From assembly GCA_000091165.1 (NCBI GenBank), contig FP565575.1, forward strand, positions 840,001 to 872,000: DNA of 32,000 bases, given 5' to 3'. The position numbers and the translations under genes were made by a program. This document shows positions 1 to 8,586 of the stretch, piece by piece (the stretch's first letter is position 1; each line of letters starts with the position of its first letter). This DNA comes from Candidatus Methylomirabilis oxygeniifera. GTDB taxonomy: Bacteria; Methylomirabilota; Methylomirabilia; Methylomirabilales; Methylomirabilaceae. The notes under the pieces are model-generated. The model searched no databases, had not been told where the DNA came from, and saw only the letters and a program-made list of their open reading frames with translations.

Positions 1-165
1 GTTGAGGCGCAGCAGGTGGAGATTGCCAGCCTTGTGACGCTGCCGGCTCGTGAAGGGGCGAGGCGTCTTGTGATCTTGAGGCTTCGGACCATCAATCCTG
101 ACCCCGTCGTCAGAGCGTTGGAAGCGCGCGGCTATCCTCAGGTTGTCGGTGAGTTCGTACACTAA
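1..165 (+). CDS. 3' end (54 codons) of an unidentified gene entering from the left edge (...ALEARGYPQVVGEFVH*)
   Basis: Frame 1 is open from base 1 to TAA at 163-165. A hairpin element follows. No domain recognised. Confidence 0.35.
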   Translation, partial: VEAQQVEIASLVTLPAREGARRLVILRLRTINPDPVVRALEARGYPQVVGEFVH

Positions 166-171
166 TACCCT

Positions 172-218
172 CACCCGAACCCTCTCCCAGAGGGAGAGGG
201 GAACAATGGGTTAGGGTG
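172..218. repeat. Nested hairpin (REP-like) element: cacccgaaccctctccc-aga-gggagagggg...gggttagggtg
   Basis: Inner perfect stem ccctctccc/gggagaggg. Outer arms cacccgaaccc/gggttagggtg have 1 mismatch. Lies directly after the stop of the upstream partial gene. Confidence 0.5.
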
Positions 219-266
219 CGAGTGGAAATAGGCAAGGGATGTACGACTCAGGACACGAGTGCCGTC

Positions 267-1079
267 ATGCAGAAGATTCTCATGAGTGTAGACGGCTCGT
301 TCGCCGCAGAGGCGGGCGCGCGCTATGCCCTTGCGCTGGCCAAGGCCTGCGGAGCGGACCTTGATCTGCTCTTTGTTGCGGGGGATCAATCGGCCGGCGC
401 GATGAGAAGCGCCAAGGAGTCGCTGCTGCGCCTGCTTCGGCAGGCGCATGCGCTTGGTCTTACCGCGCGAAGCGTGACGGAGATCGGCGATCCGATCCGA
501 GTGATGCGGGACTACGTGGCGCGCGAAGGGATTACGCTGGCTATGGCATCCGTCACCGGACCGGAGGCGGCGCGTCGTCTCCTTCGCGAGGTTCCCTGCG
601 CCATGCTGCTGGTGCGGGTGGTCCATCCCGGACGGATGGCGTCGCCGCACGAAATTCTGGTCCCGGTCTACGGCGGTGAGTTTGAAGGCGGCGGCCTCGA
701 GGCGGCGGCCGATCTCCTGGCCAATCTTGGCGGATTCTGGCAGGCCCGTATCGTCCTTTTCCGGTTGAGGCAGCCGCTGGCGCGGCTGTTCGACCGCCCG
801 CGCGTTGGCGAGGAGACGCCGGAACAGGCGGAACGCACGCTGCGTCCGTTTATCGCTGCGCTGTCCCGCCGGGGTCTGGCGCCTGGGACGCGGGTCTCGT
901 TGGGCCGTCGTCACGGTCCTGGTATCACGGCTGAGGCGGCGGCCAGGCGTCATGATCTCATCTTTCTGGGGACGAAGGGGCCGAAGAGTGTTCTGCAATG
1001 GCTGCGTCGCGGAACCGTCGACCATGTAATGCGGAAGAGCCCGTGCGATCTGATGCTCTTCCGTCCCGCTGCCGCCTGA
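267..1079 (+). CDS. Tandem universal stress protein (two UspA domains)
   Basis: The N-terminus MQKILMSVDGSFAAEAGARYAL is a canonical USP start. A second USP-like half (ILVPVYGGEF...DLIFLGTKG...GTVDHVMRKSPCDLMLF) follows. The track ORF opens at GTG 216, but ATG 267 fits the family N-terminus. Confidence 0.8.
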   Translation: MQKILMSVDGSFAAEAGARYALALAKACGADLDLLFVAGDQSAGAMRSAKESLLRLLRQAHALGLTARSVTEIGDPIRVMRDYVAREGITLAMASVTGPEAARRLLREVPCAMLLVRVVHPGRMASPHEILVPVYGGEFEGGGLEAAADLLANLGGFWQARIVLFRLRQPLARLFDRPRVGEETPEQAERTLRPFIAALSRRGLAPGTRVSLGRRHGPGITAEAAARRHDLIFLGTKGPKSVLQWLRRGTVDHVMRKSPCDLMLFRPAAA

Positions 1080-1106
1080 GATCGTACGGGCGGGGGATGA
1101 GCGACC

Positions 1107-3860
1107 ATGCAGATTCACCGTCTGTCGGTCGAAGAGGCGCTGAAGGCTCTTGGAACCACCGACCAGGGGTTGAGCGAGGTCGAGGCGGAAAGACGACTCC
1201 GCGAATTCGGCCTCAACGCGCTTCAGGCCGCGGAAGACATACCGGTTCTGGCGATGCTGGGGCGGCAGTGTACGCACTTTCTGGCGCTTTTGCTGTGGGC
1301 GGCAGCAGCGCTGGCGTTCGTGGCCGATTGGATGAAGCCCGGCGAGGGGATGGATCTGCTCGCCTGGGCTATTATCGGGGTGATCGGGGTGAACGCCCTC
1401 TTCTCCTTCGTACAGGAGTACAAGGCGGAGCGAGCGATCATCGCCTTGAGGCGTCTTCTGCCGATGCGCGTGAAGGTCGTTCGGACCGGCGGCATCAGGG
1501 AGGTTCCGGCGTCCGATCTGGTGCCGGGTGATCTTACGATCCTGGCTGAGGGCGATCGAGTGCCCGCCGATGGACGGGTAATCGCCGCGGTCCAGTTCCG
1601 GGTCGACAACGCGCCGCTGACGGGCGAATCGATCCCTAAAAGCCGCACAGCGGAGGCTGCGGCGGCGGGGTCGCTTGCTGAGAGCGCCAATATCGTGTTT
1701 GCCGGCACCACCGTCCTCTCGGGGACGGCGAGGGTGGCCATCTTCGCCACCGGAATGAACACGGAGTTCGGCAAGATCGCCCACCTGACGTCGGGGATCG
1801 AGGCCGAATTGAGTCCGCTGCAGCACGAGATCCGAACAGTTACTCGACTGATTGCGGCGATCTCCATAGGTATCGGCTTCGCCTTTTTTGGACTTGGGGT
1901 GCTGATCGGCCGGAGCTTCTGGGAGAATTTTGTCTTTGCGGTCGGACTTCTGGTGGCCAATGTTCCGGAAGGCCTTCTCCCGACCGTCACCCTCGCATTA
2001 GCCGTGGGTGGGCAGCGGATGGCCAAACGGAAGGCGCTCGTGAAGAACCTGGTGTCGGTGGAGACGCTGGGATGCGCGACGGTGATCTGTACGGATAAGA
2101 CGGGGACCCTGACGGAGAATCGGATGGCTGTGACGCGCATCTACATCGATGGCTGCGAAATTCGCGTATCGGGGAGTTCCGTGACTACGGAGGCCGAAGA
2201 GCCGGTCACCCCAGACCTCCTGGAACGATGGGCGCCGCTGTTCGCCATCGCCGTCGGATGCAACAATGCCGGCCGCCGCCACGGTGAGGATGGAGCAGCA
2301 CCAACGTTTGTCGGTGACCCGACGGAGATTGCCCTCCTGCAGTGCGCGGACGCGTTGCGGCCGATCGGACCGGATCTGTTGCATCGAGTGGGGGAGTTCC
2401 CATTCGATGCCGACCGGAAGCGGATGACGACGATTCACGCGGCGTCGGCGAGCAGGGTGGCCTACGTGAAAGGCGCCCCGGAGACGGTATTGCCGATCTG
2501 TCGCTCGACATTTCGCGATGGGCGGGCGATCCCTCTGGGAGAGACCGAGCGCCAAGCGATTGTTGACCGGCTGAATGCGTTTGCCGGATCGGCGCTGCGG
2601 GTATTGGCCCTGGCGTACCGGGAGTTGCCTGGGGCCGACCGGCTGCCATTGATGGAAGAGGCAGAGCGGGACCTGACCTTCGTCGGCCTGATCGCCTTGT
2701 TCGATCCGCCCCGGCCGGAGGTTCCAGAGGCGGTAGCCCGCTGCAAGAGGGCCGGGATTAAGCCGATCATGATTACCGGCGACAACAGCCGCACTGCGCT
2801 GGCCATCGCGCGGACTATCGGGATGGTCCGCAATGAGAAGGCGCCGGTGCTTGAGGGCAGCCGGATCGAACAGATGCGGGACGAGGATCTTAAAGCCGCA
2901 CTTGCCGGTCCGGAGATTCTCTTCGCCAGGATGACGCCTACACAGAAGATGCGGGTCGTGACGCTCCTGAAAGAGATGGGAGAGGTGGTGGCGGTGACAG
3001 GCGACGGCGTGAACGACGCGCCGGCCTTGAAGAAGGCCGACATTGGGATCGCCATGGGGATCGCCGGGACCGATGTGGCCAAGGAGGCCGCCGACATCGT
3101 GCTGCTCGACGACAACTTTGCCACCATCGTGAACGCCGTCGAAGAGGGGCGGGCGGTCTATGAGAACATCCGGAAGTTTGTCACCTATATTCTTGCGAGC
3201 AACATTCCAGAGATTGTACCGTATCTGGCCTCAGTGGTACTGCGGATCCCGCTGCTGCTGACGATTATTCAGATTCTGGCCGTCGATCTGGGTACCGATA
3301 TGTTGCCGGCTTTGGGTCTCGGGGCCGAACCGCCGGACGCGAACACGATGGATCGTGCGCCAAGGTCCAGAAACGAGCGCCTGTTGAATTTCCCGTTGCT
3401 GGCCAGATCGTATCTGTTTCTTGGACCGATCGAGGCGGCTGCAGCCATGAGCGCCGGACTCTGGTATCTCACCGCCGGCGGTTGGGAGTGGGGCGTGGAC
3501 CTGCCGGTTGCGAGTCCGCTCTACAGGCAGGCGACGACGGTAGCGTTCGCTGCCATCGTGATCTGCCAGGTGGCCAACGTCTACGTGTGCCGGAGTCCGA
3601 GAACCTCGATTCTCTCTATGGGTCTCTTTACCAATTGGCTGATCGTCTGGGGTATTGCGGTCGAGTTGTTGATTCTCGGCCTGATCGTCTATAGCCCGAT
3701 CGGGCATCGGATCTTCGGGACCGACGCCTTTCCTGCCGGGTTCTGGTGGTTGCTGATCGGCTGTGCGGTATTGTTACTGCTTGTAGAAGAGGCGCGAAAG
3801 GGGATCGTTCGCCGTCTCGATCCGGTGAAAGGACTTCGTTATCAGGAGGGGACCGCATGA
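1107..3860 (+). CDS. Cation-transporting P-type ATPase, type II (Ca2+/Na+-type, SERCA-like architecture)
   Basis: 917 aa. Motifs present: TGES, PEGL (VANVPEGLLPT), phosphorylation site CTDKTGTLTEN, MITGDN and TGDGVNDAPALKKADIGIAMG. The C-terminal hydrophobic helices are typical of 10-TM type-II pumps. Confidence 0.9.
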   Translation: MQIHRLSVEEALKALGTTDQGLSEVEAERRLREFGLNALQAAEDIPVLAMLGRQCTHFLALLLWAAAALAFVADWMKPGEGMDLLAWAIIGVIGVNALFSFVQEYKAERAIIALRRLLPMRVKVVRTGGIREVPASDLVPGDLTILAEGDRVPADGRVIAAVQFRVDNAPLTGESIPKSRTAEAAAAGSLAESANIVFAGTTVLSGTARVAIFATGMNTEFGKIAHLTSGIEAELSPLQHEIRTVTRLIAAISIGIGFAFFGLGVLIGRSFWENFVFAVGLLVANVPEGLLPTVTLALAVGGQRMAKRKALVKNLVSVETLGCATVICTDKTGTLTENRMAVTRIYIDGCEIRVSGSSVTTEAEEPVTPDLLERWAPLFAIAVGCNNAGRRHGEDGAAPTFVGDPTEIALLQCADALRPIGPDLLHRVGEFPFDADRKRMTTIHAASASRVAYVKGAPETVLPICRSTFRDGRAIPLGETERQAIVDRLNAFAGSALRVLALAYRELPGADRLPLMEEAERDLTFVGLIALFDPPRPEVPEAVARCKRAGIKPIMITGDNSRTALAIARTIGMVRNEKAPVLEGSRIEQMRDEDLKAALAGPEILFARMTPTQKMRVVTLLKEMGEVVAVTGDGVNDAPALKKADIGIAMGIAGTDVAKEAADIVLLDDNFATIVNAVEEGRAVYENIRKFVTYILASNIPEIVPYLASVVLRIPLLLTIIQILAVDLGTDMLPALGLGAEPPDANTMDRAPRSRNERLLNFPLLARSYLFLGPIEAAAAMSAGLWYLTAGGWEWGVDLPVASPLYRQATTVAFAAIVICQVANVYVCRSPRTSILSMGLFTNWLIVWGIAVELLILGLIVYSPIGHRIFGTDAFPAGFWWLLIGCAVLLLLVEEARKGIVRRLDPVKGLRYQEGTA

Positions 3861-4183
3861 AACCAAAGGGTGCGCTGACCACTGGGCGGCGCTCAGGGCA
3901 GACGCAAAAGCGACAGAGCCGATCGACTGAGCCTGAACGCGTAACGGAACTCGGGGAAGAGACCGAGAGGCCACTCGATGCTGAAGATATCGCATTGGCC
4001 TCGCTGGAGGCGCAGGTGCGGGCAAAAGAGGCGCGGGCGGATCTCGGCTCGACAGAGTTGAGCGCAGTGGTGGCCGTCCGCCTTCCGCATGCGCTGATTG
4101 TGCGCTTCGAGGCGGAGGCGACGAAGCGTTGCATTACTGCGTCTGAGTTGATCAAGCGGGCGCTTATCCGGTATCTGTCATAG
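3857..4183 (+). CDS. Ribbon-helix-helix (CopG/Arc/MetJ-like) DNA-binding protein with a long charged N-terminal tail
   Basis: ATG at 3857 overlaps the ATPase stop (ATGA). The C-terminal VVAVRLPHALIVRFEAEATKRCITASELIKRALIRYLS fits a beta-strand plus two helices RHH pattern. Confidence 0.55.
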   Translation: MKPKGALTTGRRSGQTQKRQSRSTEPERVTELGEETERPLDAEDIALASLEAQVRAKEARADLGSTELSAVVAVRLPHALIVRFEAEATKRCITASELIKRALIRYLS

Positions 4184-4274
4184 CAGGTCTGGTGACGCCT
4201 GTCTGTCCACCGGGTGGACGAATGATAATTGATAGCATGAACAGGTATTACGTGATCGTACCACTCACTGTCTG

Positions 4275-4370
4275 GTCATTGCGAGCGACCAACGGGAGCG
4301 TGGCAATCTCACCGTTGTTATTCTGAAGGACTGTGAGATTGCTTCGGTCGCTGCGCTCCCTCGCAATGAC
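4275..4370. repeat. 96-bp imperfect palindromic intergenic element (gtcattgcgag...gcaatctcac / gtgagattgc...ctcgcaatgac)
   Basis: The terminal 11 bp and the inner 10 bp arms are perfect reverse complements. The 17-nt interiors differ. Lies in the RHH-GNAT spacer. Confidence 0.6.
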
Positions 4371-4420
4371 GCCGGTGAGGGGAGCTTTCTAACCAATACA
4401 CAGCCAAAGGAGGCGCTCTC

Positions 4421-4984
4421 ATGCTGGCCGGGTTTCCAAAGCAGGTGACACTTCAGACCGGAACAGAGGTTACAATTCGCCCAATGGTCCAAGAGGATGC
4501 GAAAAGGCTTCACGAATTTTTCTGCAGGCTGCCGCGCGAGGATCGTCTCTTTCTGCGGGACGACGTCTCCCTCCGGGAGGTGATCGATGCGTGGACGGAA
4601 GAGCTGGACTACGAGAAGGTCCTGCCGCTTGTGGCGGAGGTAGACGACACCATCGTGGCGGACGCCACGTTGCACCGCCGAAAATTCGGCTGGACCAGCC
4701 ACGTGGGCAAGGTGCGCCTGGCCGTCGATACCGACTATCGGGCGAAGGGCCTTGGGACGCGTATGCTCGAGGCGCTGATCGAGACCGCCAGAAAGGCCGG
4801 CCTGGAAATTCTCGTCGCCGAAATCATGGGAGGTCAGACGGAGGCGCTGAAAATCCTTAAGCATTTGGGATTTACAAAGGAGGCGGTCTTCTACAACTAT
4901 GTCAAAGATCAGATCGGAGAGGAGCACGACCTTGTGGTTATGATGAAGAACCTGCAGATCGAGCCGGTCATGGTGCCGTTTTAA
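4421..4984 (+). CDS. GNAT-family N-acetyltransferase
   Basis: 187 aa. Acetyl-CoA binding signature RLAVDTDYRAKGLGTRMLEALIETARKAG (R/Q-x-x-G-x-G/A) and overall GNAT layout. Confidence 0.85.
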   Translation: MLAGFPKQVTLQTGTEVTIRPMVQEDAKRLHEFFCRLPREDRLFLRDDVSLREVIDAWTEELDYEKVLPLVAEVDDTIVADATLHRRKFGWTSHVGKVRLAVDTDYRAKGLGTRMLEALIETARKAGLEILVAEIMGGQTEALKILKHLGFTKEAVFYNYVKDQIGEEHDLVVMMKNLQIEPVMVPF

Positions 4985-5037
4985 TGTCAGGGGAACACCT
5001 CATGAGGTGATGTCGTGCCACGGTACACGAAGACCCC

Positions 5038-5158
5038 CTCAATCCCCCTTTACGAAAGGGGGAGATAAGGAAACAGAGAAGTCCCCCCCTTTTTTTTGAA
5101 AGGGGGGTCCAGGGGGGTTTGTCTGAAGCTGAGGCTAAACGCTGATTGCTGAACGCTA
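5038..5158 (+). repeat. Double-hairpin intergenic repeat, copy A (cccccttt-acg-aaaggggg ... ccccccctttttttt-gaaagggggg ... gtttgtctgaagctg...gctgattgctgaacgcta)
   Basis: Collinear with 19502-19615, with shared blocks ctcaatccccct, cgaaaggggg, gaaagggggg, gtttgtctga and gctgaacgcta. Same orientation, upstream of a + strand gene. Confidence 0.7.
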
Positions 5159-5176
5159 GTTCCGAAGGAATAGTCC

Positions 5177-5323
5177 ATGAAGCTGGTGATTAAGGTAAAG
5201 CCGCCCAAGGGACGGGTTCCCCATCGGCCGACAAGGATAGAGCCGGAGCGGGCTCGCTACGATCGGAAGCGAGGCAAGCAAGCGATTCTGAAGGAGTTAA
5301 AAACAGAAGGCGAGACTCACTGA
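5177..5323 (+). CDS. Possible small basic protein (48 aa, MKLVIKVKPPKGRVPHRPTRIEPERARYDRKRGKQAILKELKTEGETH)
   Basis: ATG preceded by gaagga, open to TGA at 5321-5323, 34 nt upstream of the Lon-like gene on the same strand. Below the ORF-track size cut-off. No family recognised. Confidence 0.3.
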   Translation: MKLVIKVKPPKGRVPHRPTRIEPERARYDRKRGKQAILKELKTEGETH

Positions 5324-5357
5324 GATCGATACACCACAACACGACGAGAGTGAGACC

Positions 5358-7829
5358 ATGATGAATCCGTTGACACCTGATGCGCTTCGCAAGGTCTGTC
5401 CGCCGGAAAGCCTCCCGTTTGAAGGGACGGATGAGCTCACACCCCTGGAAGAGGTCGTCGCTCAGGACCGCGCGGTCGAGGCCATCACCTTCGGTGTCGG
5501 CATCCGCTGCGAAGGGTTTAATCTCTTCGTCCTGGGGCCTGCCGGAACCGGCAAGACCACGGCGATCAAGCGCTTCCTGGCCAGCGAGGCGGCGAAGCTC
5601 CCGACCCCTCCCGATTGGTGCTATGTGAATAACTTCGCCGACCCGCAACGCCCCCGCGCGCTCTGCCTTCCTCCCGGTCGCGCCCACCTCTTCCAGGCCG
5701 ACTGCGAGCGGCTTCTGGCTGAGCTGAAGACTGGCGTCCCCAGAGCCTTCGAATCCGAGGCCTATGAACAGAACCGCCAGATCATCCTGGAGGAGTTGCA
5801 GAAACAGACGAGCGACGAGTTGGAGGCGTTGCGAAAGCGAGCAGAGGCGCTCGGATTTGGGCTTGCCAAGACCGCTAGCGGCTTTATGATCGTCCCGATG
5901 TTGAGGGGGAAGCCGTTGAAACCTGAAGGGTTCGAAGGCCTTGATGAGGAGACCAGGCAGCAGGTCACTCTCAGAATGGAGGAAGTGCAGAAGGATCTGG
6001 CCGCAACGCGCCGACGGATCCGCGACCTGGAGCGGGAGGCGAAGAACCGCCTTGACGGGATAGACCGGGAGGTTGCAACCTCCGCGGTGGATCACCTGAT
6101 CGAGGAGGTCAAAGACGGGTACGCCGAACACGCTGCTGTGCAGGCGCACCTCGAGGCGATACGCGAGGACGTCATCGCCAACGTCGATCTGTTTCGTCGG
6201 GATCAAAGCGTGGCGCAGGGACTACCGGATCCGACAGCGATGCTGCGGCAAGGGTTGGACCCTTTCGACCGGTATCGGGTGAACGTCCTGATTGAACATC
6301 GGGAGGATGGCGGCGCGCCGGTCGTTGTCGAACCGCACCCCACCTGTCAGAACCTGTTGGGGCGGGTCGAACACCAGGTTCACATGGGTGCGCTTTACAC
6401 TAATTTTCTGATGGCCAAGGCGGGGGCCTTGCACCGGGCTAATGGGGGCTTTCTGGTCCTGGAGGGTATGGAGTTGCTCAAGCAGTTCTTTGCGTGGGAC
6501 CAATTGAAACGGACACTCAAGAATCGCCGGATCAGGATCGAAGAGCCGGGGGAGCAGTTCCGTCTTTACAGCACAGTCACGCTTGAGCCCGATCCGATCC
6601 CTCTCAACGTGAAGGTGGTCCTCATCGGCAGCCCGTGGCTCTACTACCTGTTGCACGCCTATGACCCGGAGTTTCAGGAACTGTTCAAGGTCCAGGCCGA
6701 ATTCAGTGATCGCGTGGCTCGGACGCCTGACACGATTCTGACCTTTGCCCGCCTGCTGTCCACCTGTTGTGAGGCCGAGAAGCTCAAACCGTTCGACCGG
6801 GGCGCAGTCGCGAAGCTGGTAGAGCACAGCTCGCGGCTGGTGGAGGATCAGGAAAAGCTTGCCACGGCGTTCAGTCATCTCCTGGATGTGGCCCGCGAGG
6901 CCTGTTTCCTAGCCGGGCAGAACGGGCACGATCGGGTCACGGCAGAGGATGTGCAGCGTGCGATTTCCGCCAAGATCAGGCGCGCCAATCGACTGGATGA
7001 ACAGTTGCAGGAATTGATCGTTGAGCGGACCCTGCTGGTCGATACCGATGGCGCGGTGGTGGGACAAGTCAATGGAATCGCCATAATCCAGCTTGGGGAG
7101 TATCACTTCGGCAAGCCGAGTCGAATTACGGCGCGCACCTTTCTCGGGCGCGGCGGTATCATCGACATCGAGCGTGAAGCGCGAATGGGCGGCCGTATTC
7201 ACAGTAAGGGCGTACTGATCCTTTCAGGCTATCTCGGCGGCCGCTATGTGCAGCAGGCGCCCCTTGCCCTGTCGGCCAGTCTTGCCTTCGAACAGGTGTA
7301 TGAGGAGGTGGAAGGCGACAGTGCGTCGTCAGCGGAGTTATACGCAATCCTTTCCAGTCTGTCGGGGTTGCCGATCAAGCAGGGATTTGCGGTGACAGGC
7401 TCGGTAAATCAGCGGGGAGAGGTTCAGGCGATCGGGGCCGTCAATGCCAAGATCGAGGGGTTTTTTGATGTCTGCCGCGCAAGGGGATTGACGGGAGAGC
7501 AGGGCGTACTGATTCCGGCGAGTAATGTCCGGCATCTCATGCTCAGGGAGGATGTTGTGGAGGCGGTCGCTGCGGGGCAATTTCAAATCTTTCCCGTTCG
7601 GACTATCGATGAGGGGATTGCCTTGCTGACCGGACGGGAAGCGGGCGAGCGTGGCCCGGATGGAATCTTTCCTGAAGACAGCGTGAATGGACTGGTGCAG
7701 GGGCGGCTGCGCGAAATGGCGGAGCAGGCGCGCGCCTACGGCGGCGAGACCCCGGCGGTGTCGCATCAGGTAGACCGCCATGACGAAGTCGAATCGACAA
7801 TATCTCACTCAATCCGGACGCGGTCATGA
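5358..7829 (+). CDS. Lon-like ATP-dependent serine protease (S16 C-terminal domain; AAA+ module with long coiled-coil insertion; COG1067/LonC-like)
   Basis: Walker A GPAGTGKT. About 170 aa of heptad-rich insertion (EAYEQNRQIILEELQKQ...REAKNRLDGIDRE). Proteolytic Ser-Lys dyad context GDSASSAELYAILSSL and AVNAKIEGFF. Confidence 0.9.
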   Translation: MMNPLTPDALRKVCPPESLPFEGTDELTPLEEVVAQDRAVEAITFGVGIRCEGFNLFVLGPAGTGKTTAIKRFLASEAAKLPTPPDWCYVNNFADPQRPRALCLPPGRAHLFQADCERLLAELKTGVPRAFESEAYEQNRQIILEELQKQTSDELEALRKRAEALGFGLAKTASGFMIVPMLRGKPLKPEGFEGLDEETRQQVTLRMEEVQKDLAATRRRIRDLEREAKNRLDGIDREVATSAVDHLIEEVKDGYAEHAAVQAHLEAIREDVIANVDLFRRDQSVAQGLPDPTAMLRQGLDPFDRYRVNVLIEHREDGGAPVVVEPHPTCQNLLGRVEHQVHMGALYTNFLMAKAGALHRANGGFLVLEGMELLKQFFAWDQLKRTLKNRRIRIEEPGEQFRLYSTVTLEPDPIPLNVKVVLIGSPWLYYLLHAYDPEFQELFKVQAEFSDRVARTPDTILTFARLLSTCCEAEKLKPFDRGAVAKLVEHSSRLVEDQEKLATAFSHLLDVAREACFLAGQNGHDRVTAEDVQRAISAKIRRANRLDEQLQELIVERTLLVDTDGAVVGQVNGIAIIQLGEYHFGKPSRITARTFLGRGGIIDIEREARMGGRIHSKGVLILSGYLGGRYVQQAPLALSASLAFEQVYEEVEGDSASSAELYAILSSLSGLPIKQGFAVTGSVNQRGEVQAIGAVNAKIEGFFDVCRARGLTGEQGVLIPASNVRHLMLREDVVEAVAAGQFQIFPVRTIDEGIALLTGREAGERGPDGIFPEDSVNGLVQGRLREMAEQARAYGGETPAVSHQVDRHDEVESTISHSIRTRS

Positions 7830-7928
7830 AGATGACGCCGAAGATGTTGGAGGTAGAACAGGCGACCGGCGTGAGGGGCACGGGGTAAAGTGTGAGAAGT
7901 AAGGAGCAAGAAGGTCAGGAGGTGTGAG

Positions 7929-8453
7929 ATGACGGGTGGCAAGGTTCCGGTCAAGTCGGTCAAGAAGGTTGGTTCGCTGCTGAGCGAGCTGCTGGAGGTC
8001 GAGCGGCGAGTATCTGAGCGCGCCCATGAGCTCTTCAGAGATCAGGGTTGGCAAGCCGGCCGCGAGTGTGAGTATTGGCTGCAGGCCGAAAAGGAGCTGC
8101 TATGGCGGCCGTGCGCGGAGTTGGTCGAGACCGACGGAGAACTTCGAGTCAGCTTCGCCCTGGCCGGCCTGACTGCCAGGAATGTAAAGGTGCTGGTTGA
8201 ACCCAACCACCTGACGGTGCGAGCGGCCACAGCGCACGAAGACAGGAAAGAAGAGGGGACTTGCCACTTCTGCGAGTTTCATCGTGGGGAGCTGTACCGG
8301 TCAATGGCGTTGCCGAGTACCGTCATTCCGGAGAAGGTTCAGGCGGAGATGAAAGAGGGCATGCTGACCGTTGTACTTCCAAAGGGGAACGGATCCGGCG
8401 GTGGGAAGGTCCGGATAAAGAGAGCGTTGACGAGGACGCGCGTGGAATCTTGA
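7929..8453 (+). CDS. Hsp20/alpha-crystallin small heat-shock protein
   Basis: Strong SD aggaggtg. Alpha-crystallin domain WRPCAELVETDGELRVSFALAGLTARNVKVLVEPNHLTV...LYRSMALPSTVIPEKVQAEMKEGMLTVVLPK. Confidence 0.9.
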   Translation: MTGGKVPVKSVKKVGSLLSELLEVERRVSERAHELFRDQGWQAGRECEYWLQAEKELLWRPCAELVETDGELRVSFALAGLTARNVKVLVEPNHLTVRAATAHEDRKEEGTCHFCEFHRGELYRSMALPSTVIPEKVQAEMKEGMLTVVLPKGNGSGGGKVRIKRALTRTRVES

Positions 8454-8586
8454 CGTGAGCGGACTCACGACCTCATCACACATAACCTGTCGCTATCGGT
8501 CACGGTCGAGTCGGGTGTAAGGCCATCGTAACGGCGCGCAGAGGCCTCGGCACAGAGGCTATCGCCTGCGGGCAGGAGGTGCGATC

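Noticed and set aside
171-1826. Long antisense ORFs opposite real genes: 171-1826, 5190-6206, 9641-10861, 13565-14542, 19558-20421, 21523-22263 and 22782-23531, all on the minus strand.
   Set aside because: Their translations are Arg/Pro/Gly-rich and low in complexity. Each lies entirely opposite a gene with clear family motifs. This is the typical shadow-ORF artefact of GC-rich DNA.
3857-4984. RHH protein plus GNAT as a TacA/TacT (AtaR/AtaT)-type toxin-antitoxin pair.
   Set aside because: The genes are 237 nt apart with a palindromic repeat between them. The RHH is C-terminal and coupled to the ATPase, not to the GNAT. The GNAT looks like a generic acetyltransferase, and I cannot show family membership without a search.
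5130-5158. Sigma-54 promoter (TGGCAC-N5-TTGC) in the conserved tail of the double-hairpin repeat (..gaggctaaacgctgattgct..).
   Set aside because: The GG and GC elements are 3 nt out of register in copy A, and copy B has tcgct instead of ttgct.
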